In this document: piece after piece, positions 41,557-50,969 of the stretch
Layout of the letters: each line of letters starts with the position of its first letter
Numbering within the stretch: position 1 is the stretch's first letter
Assembly (NCBI GenBank): GCA_963720465.1
Contig: OY970393.1
Location: forward strand, 1,472,001-1,536,000
From: Methanobacteriota archaeon
GTDB lineage: Archaea; Halobacteriota; Bog-38; Methanoflorentales; Methanoflorentaceae
Direction of reading: 5' to 3'
DNA: 64,000 nucleotides
Made by a program: the position numbers and the translations under genes
Notes under the pieces: model-generated
Databases searched by the model: none
The model's input: only the letters and a program-made list of their open reading frames with translations
What the model was told of the DNA's origin: nothing

Positions 41557-43734
41557 ATGGACGTAACGGATCTACCGGAGAAGATTGCGCGTTTTTACAC
41601 TCAGCCAGACTTCAAGGAGCTTTATCCGCCGCAAGCCGAGGCTCTGGATTGTGGACTGCTCAACGGCACGAGCATGGTGGTCGCGACACCCACCGCTTCC
41701 GGCAAGACGCTGCTGGCAGAATTCGCGATGCTCAATTCGATCGATAAAGGCGGCAAATGCCTTTACATCGTCCCCCTAAAGGCGCTCGCTTCAGAGAAGT
41801 TCGACCGATTCTCGCTATTTGCCGCGTCTGGCGTGCGAGTCGGAATCTCAACGGGAGACTACGACGTTCGTGACGACAATCTGGGACGTAACGATATTAT
41901 AGTCACCACTTCGGAAAAAGCAGATTCGCTGCTGCGAAACGGCGTTGCGTGGATGCATGCACTTAGCGTAGTCGTCGCGGACGAGATACATTTGTTGGAC
42001 TCGATAGATCGCGGTCCAACGCTCGAGGTAACGCTGACTAAGCTTAAGAGACTTAATCCGACAGCCCAAATTCTCGCGCTCAGTGCAACGGTTTCCAATG
42101 CCGACGAGATCGCGGCTTGGCTTGACGCGCAACTCATAAGAAGCGACTGGAGGCCCATCGCACTGCACGAAGGGCTTTATCTTCCTGAGCGCGCCCTTAT
42201 CGCGTTCATACACGACGCGTCACCGCGTAGCGTCGTAAAAAAAGCCGTTTCAGATGGAGCCACCGACCCGGCGATAGCACTTGCCATCGATACGCTACGA
42301 GAAGGCGGCCAATGCTTGATCTTCGTCAATACACGGAGAAATGCCGAAAGCCTTGCAAAGAGAATCGCAACGACGCTGCAATCGCAATGCGATGTCGACC
42401 GCGAGGAGCTTGCTTCGAAAATCCACGGGGAGACCGGGATTGTTGAGAAGCTCGCCTACTGCGTGAGGCGCGGGGCGGCATTTCACCACGCCGGGCTTCT
42501 CAGCGACCACCGGAAACTCGTCGAAACGTGGTTCCGCGCCAACCTTATCAAGGTCATCGTCTCGACGCCTACGCTCGCGTCGGGGCTCAACCTTCCTGCC
42601 CGAAGAGTCGTTATTAGAGATTACAAGCGTTACGACGCGAACTACGGCATGATGAACATTCCCGTGCTCGAATACAAGCAAATGGCCGGTCGCGCGGGGA
42701 GGCCCGGATTCGATGCGTACGGTGAGGCGGTTCTCATCGCCAAATCGCTGAGTGAGTGTGAGGCGCTCGCAGACCACTATATTCTCAGCGAGGCCGAAGA
42801 CGTTATTTCAAAACTTGGAACGGAGACGGCGCTTCGCATGCACGTTCTCTCGACCATTTCAAACGGTTTCGCGCACACGAGGGCTGCTCTCGAACAGTTC
42901 TTCGACGCGACGTTCTTCGGATTTCAGCAAAAGACGGGACTGAACCTCTTGCGATATGCGATTGACCGCGTTTTGGCATTTCTCGAAAATGAAGAGATGA
43001 TTGTCGACTCTAGCGGGCGTGGCCAGGCGACGACTTTTGGGCATCTGGTATCACGACTCTATGTCGATCCGCTGACTGCGGTGAAGATACGAAGAGGACT
43101 AAACAACGCCGAGACGGTCAGCGACGTATCGCTGCTCCACCTAATCTGTTCCACCCCGGACGTTAAGCGCCTGTTCATGCGAAGCAAGGATTACCGCGTG
43201 GTAACTGAATTTGTCAATCAGCATCTCGATGAGTTCCTAGATGAGATTCCTGATCGATTCAGAGACGTCGATTACGACTGGTTCCTCTCTGAGGTAAAAA
43301 CGGCGATGCTCGTTAACGACTGGATAACCGAAGTAAGCGAGAAAGAGCTCACTGAAAGCTACAACGTCGGGCCAGGCGACATCAGAAATCTCGTCGATAC
43401 GGTGCAGTGGGTGAGTCACGCGCTCGCCGAGCTCGCGACCTATCTCAAGGTTCCGGCAAGGAAACAAGCCCGGGAGCTTACAGCGCGCATTCAGTTTGGT
43501 ATCAATCGCGAGCTTCTCGATCTCGTGCAACTGAAAAATATCGGCCGGGTCCGTGCTCGAAAACTGCACGATGCAGGTCTCACAAGCCGAAAAGAGCTCA
43601 AAAATGCTCCTTTTGAACAGGTGGCGGCGCTTGTTGGTCCTGCGGTCGCGTCAGACGTCTTTGCGCAACTCGGCGAACACCGTGGCGTTCTTGATCGAAA
43701 GGATCGAGGGGATACGTTTCTCACAGACGAGTGA
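41557..43734 (+). CDS. hel308: Ski2-like DNA helicase Hel308
   Basis: LYPPQ, PTASGKT, DEIH, SAT, HHAGL, QMAGRAGR, C-terminal HhH. Confidence 0.95.
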   Translation: MDVTDLPEKIARFYTQPDFKELYPPQAEALDCGLLNGTSMVVATPTASGKTLLAEFAMLNSIDKGGKCLYIVPLKALASEKFDRFSLFAASGVRVGISTGDYDVRDDNLGRNDIIVTTSEKADSLLRNGVAWMHALSVVVADEIHLLDSIDRGPTLEVTLTKLKRLNPTAQILALSATVSNADEIAAWLDAQLIRSDWRPIALHEGLYLPERALIAFIHDASPRSVVKKAVSDGATDPAIALAIDTLREGGQCLIFVNTRRNAESLAKRIATTLQSQCDVDREELASKIHGETGIVEKLAYCVRRGAAFHHAGLLSDHRKLVETWFRANLIKVIVSTPTLASGLNLPARRVVIRDYKRYDANYGMMNIPVLEYKQMAGRAGRPGFDAYGEAVLIAKSLSECEALADHYILSEAEDVISKLGTETALRMHVLSTISNGFAHTRAALEQFFDATFFGFQQKTGLNLLRYAIDRVLAFLENEEMIVDSSGRGQATTFGHLVSRLYVDPLTAVKIRRGLNNAETVSDVSLLHLICSTPDVKRLFMRSKDYRVVTEFVNQHLDEFLDEIPDRFRDVDYDWFLSEVKTAMLVNDWITEVSEKELTESYNVGPGDIRNLVDTVQWVSHALAELATYLKVPARKQARELTARIQFGINRELLDLVQLKNIGRVRARKLHDAGLTSRKELKNAPFEQVAALVGPAVASDVFAQLGEHRGVLDRKDRGDTFLTDE

Positions 43735-43742
43735 GTTAGCCC

Positions 43743-44258
43743 ATGCAATATGACATTGTGGCAGGAAAAATCACTATAGAGAACGTCCAGGCTTTTTTGA
43801 GGGAACTTGACGCCATTGCGCAGTCAAGCAACACAACAATTCAAGCCGCCGACGCCACAAAAATCGCCGGGCGGCGGCACGTTGACTGTGCGGTACGCAA
43901 CGCCATTCGGTCGTTTCGCGATCATCAAAACATCGCTACGGACCTTGGCGTCGAAATCCTCCTGCACTTGAGCGCTTGCCGGCAGATACGAAAGGCGCTT
44001 GAAATGGGCGTTCACGAAGGGGAGATGGACGTGTTGTTGATTGTCGTTGGTGCGAAGAGATCAGTTGAAAGAACTGCGACGCGGCTCACGGGGTTAATAC
44101 GCTCAGACCCGCGGGTTATGGAGTACGATGAAACAAAAAACACGCCATTAATGCACGCGTTTAATATCACCAAGCAGGAGATTGCAGCTGCCGGCGGGGA
44201 CGCGAGAATACCAGACCTGGTGCGAGAGCGCTTAGTGCTTTTTGATGTGTTCAGATAA
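43743..44258 (+). CDS. cgi121: KEOPS complex subunit Cgi121
   Basis: IAGRRH, EILLHLSACRQI; conserved position after hel308. Confidence 0.85.
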   Translation: MQYDIVAGKITIENVQAFLRELDAIAQSSNTTIQAADATKIAGRRHVDCAVRNAIRSFRDHQNIATDLGVEILLHLSACRQIRKALEMGVHEGEMDVLLIVVGAKRSVERTATRLTGLIRSDPRVMEYDETKNTPLMHAFNITKQEIAAAGGDARIPDLVRERLVLFDVFR

Positions 44259-44371
44259 CCCAACAAGCTTTTGCAGCGCCGTGCTTGTCGGCTTCATCTG
44301 CGTCAAACAGCACTTTGACCACCCCGGCCCTAACGTTGGCAGCGACGCCGCCGAGCACGTGAAGCAATCTA

Positions 44372-45112
44372 TCAGGGCGCGCGTACGTTGACCCACAGGT
44401 GCAATTCGTAGGTCTTGTCAAATGAATCAACGAGCGTGAACTTCAGCTTCTGCTTTTCGCCTAAGGAAGTGACCGAGATAGATATAGGCCGTTCAACGTT
44501 TTGCCCTTGGATCAGCGTCAGATTGTCGAAACGATAGAGTGTTGAATTGCCTAGCGACACCGTACCTGCATAGGTGTCGCTCGCGTTCTCGTGGTTGGTG
44601 ATGCCGAGGATCAGAGTAAACGCCGTTCCCGAAGTCACATTTGTGGGATATGCGACGGTCTGTCGGTTGCTATCCAACACATAGAACTCGCTGTAGCTGG
44701 CTTCGTTCGGGTGGGGAGCTAACAGGAGCGTCGTGCCAACCAAGGCGAGACAAAGACAAATTGCGGCTCCCACTGCCGATAGTACGATCGGGTTGCCTGC
44801 GCTGACGACGAGTCGGTCAGACTGCGGAAAGCGTCGCCACCGCGCGAACGCTGATGCTGCGAACACCGCCACGAGCGCAGACATTGAGAGTGCGAGCGTC
44901 GTAAAATCTAATCCGACGGTCATCAGAAGAACAGCGCCGTCAGCAATTGAAACAAGAACGCTAGTAATAACCGCCGCCGAGACTCTCTCCAGACTCCGCA
45001 AGTCTTGTTTTTTCGGAAACAACACAACGGTTAGCAAGAAACCAGGAATGAAAAAGAACAGTGCTGCCCCTATCAGCAGCCGAAAAACAGACAAAACAAC
45101 GGTATCCATCAT
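44372..45112 (-). CDS. DUF1616-type membrane protein
   Basis: FFIPGF...LFP...LER, SEFYVL, YP, GITNHE, LHLWV. Confidence 0.78.
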   Translation of the reverse strand: MMDTVVLSVFRLLIGAALFFFIPGFLLTVVLFPKKQDLRSLERVSAAVITSVLVSIADGAVLLMTVGLDFTTLALSMSALVAVFAASAFARWRRFPQSDRLVVSAGNPIVLSAVGAAICLCLALVGTTLLLAPHPNEASYSEFYVLDSNRQTVAYPTNVTSGTAFTLILGITNHENASDTYAGTVSLGNSTLYRFDNLTLIQGQNVERPISISVTSLGEKQKLKFTLVDSFDKTYELHLWVNVRAP

Positions 45113-45304
45113 GCCCCTACCAAATCGTCGCGGTATTTATCTCTATCAAAGATAGACAAGTCGCGCCTATATAGTTAATCTCAGACGACAATTGGGCAAC
45201 AACGTGGGCACACTGGACCTTTGTTCGACCTAATGAACCAAAACACAAGACTTAAGCTCAAAAAGTAAAGCCTTACTCCAATAACGTTTCCCGACAGCAG
45301 ACCC

Positions 45305-45870
45305 ATCAAACCTAAGATAGTTGTTCCGACCCTCAATGAAGAGGCGACTCGGCCAGGTGATTGAGGTTCCTGTTCGCGTGCTATCGGACGAGGGTTACCC
45401 CCCGCTATATATACCATTGACGGATACTCGAAGACGCTACGCAGCAAAAAGCCCTTGAAAAAGATTAGTGCTGCCTGTTAAGCGGCCGGGGAAGTGATCG
45501 GCAGTTCGTGTTTGCGTCTGTTCGCGCACGGCGTCATTCTTGGCGCACGGATTAAGGGCGCATCGAGGGAGGGGCATGACATGACACGTACCAACGTTTT
45601 TTGGAACCGGGTGCTTACTGGCGTGGCTCGGATGCTCTTAAAAGAGGACATAGCTGTGACTTGTGCACGAGATTCTTGGGTACCTCGGGTACGTCGTCGT
45701 CCGCATAGACCTTGTCGCACAGGGAATTCTGATTGAAGCAGACATGTTTATTGAATATGCGGTCACGTCCTTGGCATAGGGAAAATGGCGATAGACTACG
45801 GCAAACGCGCAGATCGACCCAAGGTACGAGCCATCAGCGACGGGCTGAAGATAGCATCTCTCTCACTGAA
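45305..45870 (+). pseudogene. Decayed GT2 (dolichol-phosphate glycosyltransferase-like) gene
   Basis: Fragments in several frames: IVVPTLNEEAT, IDGYS, VILGARIKG, MTRTNVFWNRVLT, DLCT, IEADMF, IDYGKR. Confidence 0.7.
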
Positions 45871-45873
45871 GCG

Positions 45874-47070
45874 ATGGATGGCTCCGAGCGGGAGGCGAGC
45901 ACTATAAAGATCGCGTACGTGATGGATGCAATTTATCCCTACAACATGGGGGGCGCGGACAAGCGCCTGTGGGAACTCGCGCGCAAGCTCGCCGAAAACG
46001 GAGAACACGAGGTCCACATTTACGGCATGAAATGGTGGCAGGGAGCTGATACAATCGTCACGGACAACGTTCACCTCCACGGCGTGTGTGAGGTTCGCGA
46101 ACTGTACAGCAAGCAGGGCGTCCGCTCGATCACCGAGGCTCTCACCTACTCGTTGAGGGTCTTGCCGGCCTTGCTGAAGGCGGATTGCGACGTTATCGAC
46201 TGCAACCAATTCCCTTACTTTCCATGCTTGGCGGGCAAAGTTGCCTCAATCGTAAAAAGAAAACCATTAGTGGTCACGTGGCTCGAGGTATGGGACACCT
46301 ATTGGTGGGACTATCTTGGACCGATCCGCGGCAGCATCGGTAGAATTGTTGAAAGACTGACGATGCGGCTCCCTGATGGTATCGTAGCGATATCGAACAA
46401 GACGAGAGACGACCTGATACGGTGTCACGTCAAACCCGAACGCATCGACGTCATTCCCGTCGGCATCGATCTTGAGCGCATTACGATGATCGCGCCTGCG
46501 TCGACGACGACCGACGTGCTGTTTGCGGGAAGACTCATCAGTGAAAAACGCGTCGATCTCTTGCTGAACGCGATTGCGATTGCGCGAACGAAGGTTCCTA
46601 CCATTAGGTGCGCGATTATCGGAGACGGTCCGGAGCGAACCTCGCTCGAAGACCTAGCGTCAAAGCTTGGACTCGACGAGAACGTCACTTTTACGGGCTT
46701 TGTCGATCAAGACGGACTCACCGCGTTCATGAAATCATCGAAGGTATTCGTTCTCCCTTCCGAGCGCGAAGGGTTTGGCCTCGTTATCATCGAGGCAAAT
46801 GCATGCAAGTTGCCGGTGATCAGCATAAGTCACGAAATGAGCGCCGTCCGGGAACTTGTTCAAGACGGCGTCAATGGTTTCCTCGTCAGCCGCGGCTCGC
46901 CCGATGAAATCGCCGACGTTATTTTGAAGCTCATCAGCGACGACGCACTGCGTGAACAACTGGCTGAAAACGGATTTGAAATGTCAAAGAAATTCGCGTG
47001 GTCAGATATCTCAAAAAGCATTATAGATACCTACGCGAAACTGATGAGCAACCGAAGGCCAGCCAGATGA
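45874..47070 (+). CDS. Glycosyltransferase family 4
   Basis: YPYNMGGA, FAGRL..EK, PSEREGFGLVIIEA. Confidence 0.92.
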   Translation: MDGSEREASTIKIAYVMDAIYPYNMGGADKRLWELARKLAENGEHEVHIYGMKWWQGADTIVTDNVHLHGVCEVRELYSKQGVRSITEALTYSLRVLPALLKADCDVIDCNQFPYFPCLAGKVASIVKRKPLVVTWLEVWDTYWWDYLGPIRGSIGRIVERLTMRLPDGIVAISNKTRDDLIRCHVKPERIDVIPVGIDLERITMIAPASTTTDVLFAGRLISEKRVDLLLNAIAIARTKVPTIRCAIIGDGPERTSLEDLASKLGLDENVTFTGFVDQDGLTAFMKSSKVFVLPSEREGFGLVIIEANACKLPVISISHEMSAVRELVQDGVNGFLVSRGSPDEIADVILKLISDDALREQLAENGFEMSKKFAWSDISKSIIDTYAKLMSNRRPAR

Positions 47071-47146
47071 CTACGTACCACTTCTTCCTGTGCCGATCAC
47101 GTGGCGGCAACAGCTCATTCCTGAACAGGCGCGAGTGCAACCCGGT

Positions 47147-48268
47147 ATGAAAGCGCTAATTGCTACGCCGTACTATTCCGGCGTGGGAGGGCTTCAGCAG
47201 TACACGTACAGAATCGCAGTCGGCTTGCACAACGCAGGAGTCGACACGACAGTCATAACCTGTTCACGCGTCCTCGACGAGTCTGGCCCGACGGTTTTCA
47301 CGCTTCCCCGACTTGCGACGGTGTCCAACACCCCGTTCAGTTTGCGCTGGTTTGGATCGATAAAGAAAGTTATCGACCATGTTGATCCCGACGTGGTGAA
47401 CGGACATTTGCCCGTCCCGTATATGGCTGACATCGCCGCCCGAGTCACTCGCGATAGGCCGTTCGTCTTGACCTACCACAATGACGCGGTGGGAATAAAT
47501 ACGACGACCAAGCTCCTGGTAATGGCCTATTATCGCTTCCTGGGCAGGGGCACCATTCGCCGCGCCAGTTGGATCATAACGACCTCTCAATACTACGCCG
47601 CGCATTCTCCGTTTCTCGAAGGTTACCTCAGCAAAACGTCCGCCGTGCCTCCCGGTGTGGACGTCGCGACATTCAATCCGGCAGTCGACTCCAACCACAT
47701 AAGAAACAAGTACGGCCCCAACGGGCACATTATCCTTTTCGTCGGTCAGCTAAGCAAAGCCCACCGACACAAAGGGCTCCCTATTCTTATCCGTGCGCTC
47801 CGAAGTCTTGACCCAAACGTTACCCTCGTGGTTGTCGGCGATGGAAACTGGCGCTCGCACTACGCCACGTATGCGCGGCGTATCGGAGTTCAAGGCCGGG
47901 TGGTATTCGCCGGGCTCATACCCGAGGAGGAGATGCCTCTTTATTATCGGGGAGCGGATCTCACGGTGCTCCCCACGCTCACCGATGCCGAAGGGTTCGG
48001 GATGGTTTTGGCTGAGGCAAACGCTTGCGGCAGACCAGTTATCGGTACGAACGTTGGAGGCATCCCGTCAGTGATCCAAGATCACTACAATGGATTCCTA
48101 GTTCAGCCGGGCGATCTGCACGGACTTGTGGAAGCAATACGAGCGGTGCTGAGCGATGAAAAGCTGGCAGACAGGATGGGCCACAATGGTTATCAGATGG
48201 TTAAGAGTCAGTTTACCTGGGCTCATGCGATTGCCCGGACTATGGAAGTATACGATGGCTTAATATGA
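47147..48268 (+). CDS. Glycosyltransferase family 4
   Basis: GG motif, HKG, EGFGMVLAEA, GGIP. Confidence 0.92.
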   Translation: MKALIATPYYSGVGGLQQYTYRIAVGLHNAGVDTTVITCSRVLDESGPTVFTLPRLATVSNTPFSLRWFGSIKKVIDHVDPDVVNGHLPVPYMADIAARVTRDRPFVLTYHNDAVGINTTTKLLVMAYYRFLGRGTIRRASWIITTSQYYAAHSPFLEGYLSKTSAVPPGVDVATFNPAVDSNHIRNKYGPNGHIILFVGQLSKAHRHKGLPILIRALRSLDPNVTLVVVGDGNWRSHYATYARRIGVQGRVVFAGLIPEEEMPLYYRGADLTVLPTLTDAEGFGMVLAEANACGRPVIGTNVGGIPSVIQDHYNGFLVQPGDLHGLVEAIRAVLSDEKLADRMGHNGYQMVKSQFTWAHAIARTMEVYDGLI

Positions 48269-48332
48269 GCTCAGTTGAAAAGAATAGACTGAAGCGTCCG
48301 ACCGGCTCTTTTGAATCGTAGCCCTCGAGGTT

Positions 48333-49535
48333 GTGTTCGTGAAAATCTGCATGGTCTCTAATCTTTACCCACCCTACATTCACGGTGGCGCTGAGCTGTA
48401 TGTCTCCCACATCTCAGAGAGGCTCAGCGAACGTCACGATATCTCTGTGATAACTGCTGTCCCCTTTGGCCAAAACGGATCGTCAACTCGCGACAAAGTA
48501 GGCGAGCGAAAAGAAGCCGTGTACCGATTTTACCCGTTAAACCTTTACTCGAACTATTACTATTCGCGCAAACCCGGCTTTATCAAGCCACTCTGGCACG
48601 CGTTTGATGTCTGGAATCCACACGCATACGCCTTCATAAAGGACGTGCTGAAGCATGAGCGGCCAGACCTCGTGCACGTGCACAATTTCAAGGGGTTGTC
48701 TGCGTCTGTTTTTAGTGCCGCTAAGGATCTTGGTGTTCCCACGGTTCACACCGTGCACGACTACGCCCTCGTTTGTCCCAAGACGACGCTGCTGACGAGA
48801 GCTAATGCCTCGTGCGTGAATGCTCGACGCCCGTGTCGGGTCTATCGCTCGTTTGGCAAACGAATCGATCCGGCTGTCGTTATCGCCCCGTCTGACTTTG
48901 TGCTTAACACCCTTTCCAGCTTCGGGCTGTTCGCAGACGTACGAAAGCTGAAACTTCCCCTTGGCATACCGGAAAGTGAGCCCGTCGTGAAGGTGAACAA
49001 TGGCACGTTTGACATACTCTACGTCGGCCGTCTGGGAAAACACAAGGGGGTGCACTGCCTCATCGAATCCGTGAAGGGCTTAGATCTCAAAAATGCACGA
49101 CTGCACGTCATTGGTCAGGGCAGTGACGGGGCGCGTTTCCAGCGCGCTGCGGGCGATGATGGGCGAATCGTCTTCTATGGATTTTTAGCGCCTGATACGC
49201 TGCGGCAGCTTTACAGCATCGCTGATGTGGCTGTCGTGCCGTCCATCTACGCGGAGACGTTCGGACTCGTGATACCCGAGTACTATCAACACGGGATCCC
49301 GGTCATAGGAAGCCGGACAGGCGCAATTCCTGAACTCATCGAAGACGGGTACAACGGTTTCCTGTTTCCGCCCGGTGACGTTGAGGCCCTCACTTCGCTT
49401 CTACAAATGCTTTCGTCTGATTCGACTCTCCTCAGCGAAATGAGCAAAAACGCGCGGACATCGGCCAGAACCTTTGACTTGAACGTCCACGTCCAGAAAC
49501 TCGAAGAAATATACAAAGAGGTCGCCTCACGCTAA
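48333..49535 (+). CDS. Glycosyltransferase family 4
   Basis: YPPYIHGGAE, HTVHDY, GRLGKHKG, ETFGLVIPE. Confidence 0.92.
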   Translation: MFVKICMVSNLYPPYIHGGAELYVSHISERLSERHDISVITAVPFGQNGSSTRDKVGERKEAVYRFYPLNLYSNYYYSRKPGFIKPLWHAFDVWNPHAYAFIKDVLKHERPDLVHVHNFKGLSASVFSAAKDLGVPTVHTVHDYALVCPKTTLLTRANASCVNARRPCRVYRSFGKRIDPAVVIAPSDFVLNTLSSFGLFADVRKLKLPLGIPESEPVVKVNNGTFDILYVGRLGKHKGVHCLIESVKGLDLKNARLHVIGQGSDGARFQRAAGDDGRIVFYGFLAPDTLRQLYSIADVAVVPSIYAETFGLVIPEYYQHGIPVIGSRTGAIPELIEDGYNGFLFPPGDVEALTSLLQMLSSDSTLLSEMSKNARTSARTFDLNVHVQKLEEIYKEVASR

Positions 49536-50675
49536 GGCCGCCCCCTCACACACGCTAACCACGCGTTGTGCAACATTATCCCAGGCAAAAAGCGTAACCG
49601 CACGTCGCCTTGCGGCCGCCCCCATTCGTTTCACTCGCCGGTCATCCTGGAGCAAATCGATGAGCGCCGCAGCGAGAACGCCTGCGTCTCCGGGAGCGAC
49701 GAGCACCCCAGAGCTTTTGTCAACGAGTTCTGGGATCGCTCCAACAGCCGTTCCGATCACGGGCGTTCCGCACGCCATCGATTCGAGCGCCGGCTTGCTA
49801 AATCCCTCGATCAGTGAGGGCACCACCGTCACGATGGCGCGCTGATAGAGCGCGATAAGATCGTGCTGTGAAACGGAATCAACAAACTTGACCACGTCGG
49901 TTACATCGAGCGCGCGTGCGTGTGCCAACATCCGTTGCTTCAATCGTTGCGAGTCTTTGCCAATAATAACAAGCTCAACCGGAGTGACGCGCTGGGCCGC
50001 TGCGAGCGCCTCGATCAAGTACGCAATCCCTTTTCTCGCCTCAAGTCCCCGAGCGACACACACAACGAGCGGTTTCTCAGCCACAACGCCCTCGGTCGGC
50101 GCGTCTGCAGGTGTGAAAAGGTTCACGTCAACACCATTGGGTATGACTCTCAGCTTCTCCGCGTGTTCCGGATACCGCGCGAGCGCCTGCGCCATCGTGT
50201 CGCTGCTGTCGCAGATAATTGCCTGAGCCCTTCTTAATGCGCGCTTTTCGAGCGCGGCAAGCAACGTGATTGCTATGCGCGATCTCGACAGTGGTAACTG
50301 TTTCAGCTCTGACGAGGGCAGGTGGTGCAGAATCTGTACGAGAGGAGCGTTGCGATGCACTGCCACCCCCTGCGAAAGGTCGTTAATCAGATGTACGTCG
50401 CACGCCTCGCATGGCGTAGGAGCGAACGCGTAGTAGTAAAAGGCCGCAACCCCGTGACTTCTCAATAGCCGAGGGAGCGGTCGGTATCTCGCATTTGGCA
50501 CTCCCGCTCCAAACCAAGCTGCAGCGAAGGCGTCTGGCGGAGTCTGATATGCGTCGCAGCTATGCACGGTGAGGTGGCAGAGTGGTGCCAGCCAACGACT
50601 CAGCTCTAGCGCGTAAATGCCCGCACCGCCGATAAGGTTCCGGTCGTATTCGAAGGTTGATACTGCTATTCTCAC
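49527..50675 (-). CDS. Glycosyltransferase family 4
   Basis: GGAG, IPNGVD, RKG, EGFSKPALESMACG. Confidence 0.9.
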   Translation of the reverse strand: MRIAVSTFEYDRNLIGGAGIYALELSRWLAPLCHLTVHSCDAYQTPPDAFAAAWFGAGVPNARYRPLPRLLRSHGVAAFYYYAFAPTPCEACDVHLINDLSQGVAVHRNAPLVQILHHLPSSELKQLPLSRSRIAITLLAALEKRALRRAQAIICDSSDTMAQALARYPEHAEKLRVIPNGVDVNLFTPADAPTEGVVAEKPLVVCVARGLEARKGIAYLIEALAAAQRVTPVELVIIGKDSQRLKQRMLAHARALDVTDVVKFVDSVSQHDLIALYQRAIVTVVPSLIEGFSKPALESMACGTPVIGTAVGAIPELVDKSSGVLVAPGDAGVLAAALIDLLQDDRRVKRMGAAARRRAVTLFAWDNVAQRVVSVCEGAALA

Positions 50676-50719
50676 ACGCGTGCCTCTTCTGTCGTCCCTT
50701 TTTTGTTGCGCGACATAAG

Positions 50720-50875
50720 CTCACGTTGCCGATTATGCTCCTAATGACGCTCTCGTCTTTTCGTGAACGTCCTCAGCACGATGAAGGTAACGAAATACAT
50801 CCAGACCGCAATCCCGAATATGATGAATAGGTTGATCAGCCTCAGATAATACACGACGATCGCCATGAAGCACTC
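50720..50875 (-). pseudogene. Membrane-protein C-terminal remnant, resembling the end of an oligosaccharide flippase
   Basis: MAIVVYYLRLINLFIIFGIAVWMYFVTFIVLRTFTK, then frameshifted DESVIRSII. Confidence 0.4.
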
Positions 50876-50969
50876 AATTTGCCCGCACCGAACCCCGACA
50901 AGTGGTAAACGTGTAACACCTCATACTTGATAAAGCATATATAATCGGAAAAGTATAGAAGGCCCAAAT

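Noticed and set aside
30104-43734. Inteins in Cdc48, RadB or Hel308
   Set aside because: Protein lengths and motif spacing are normal; no C...HN insertions seen
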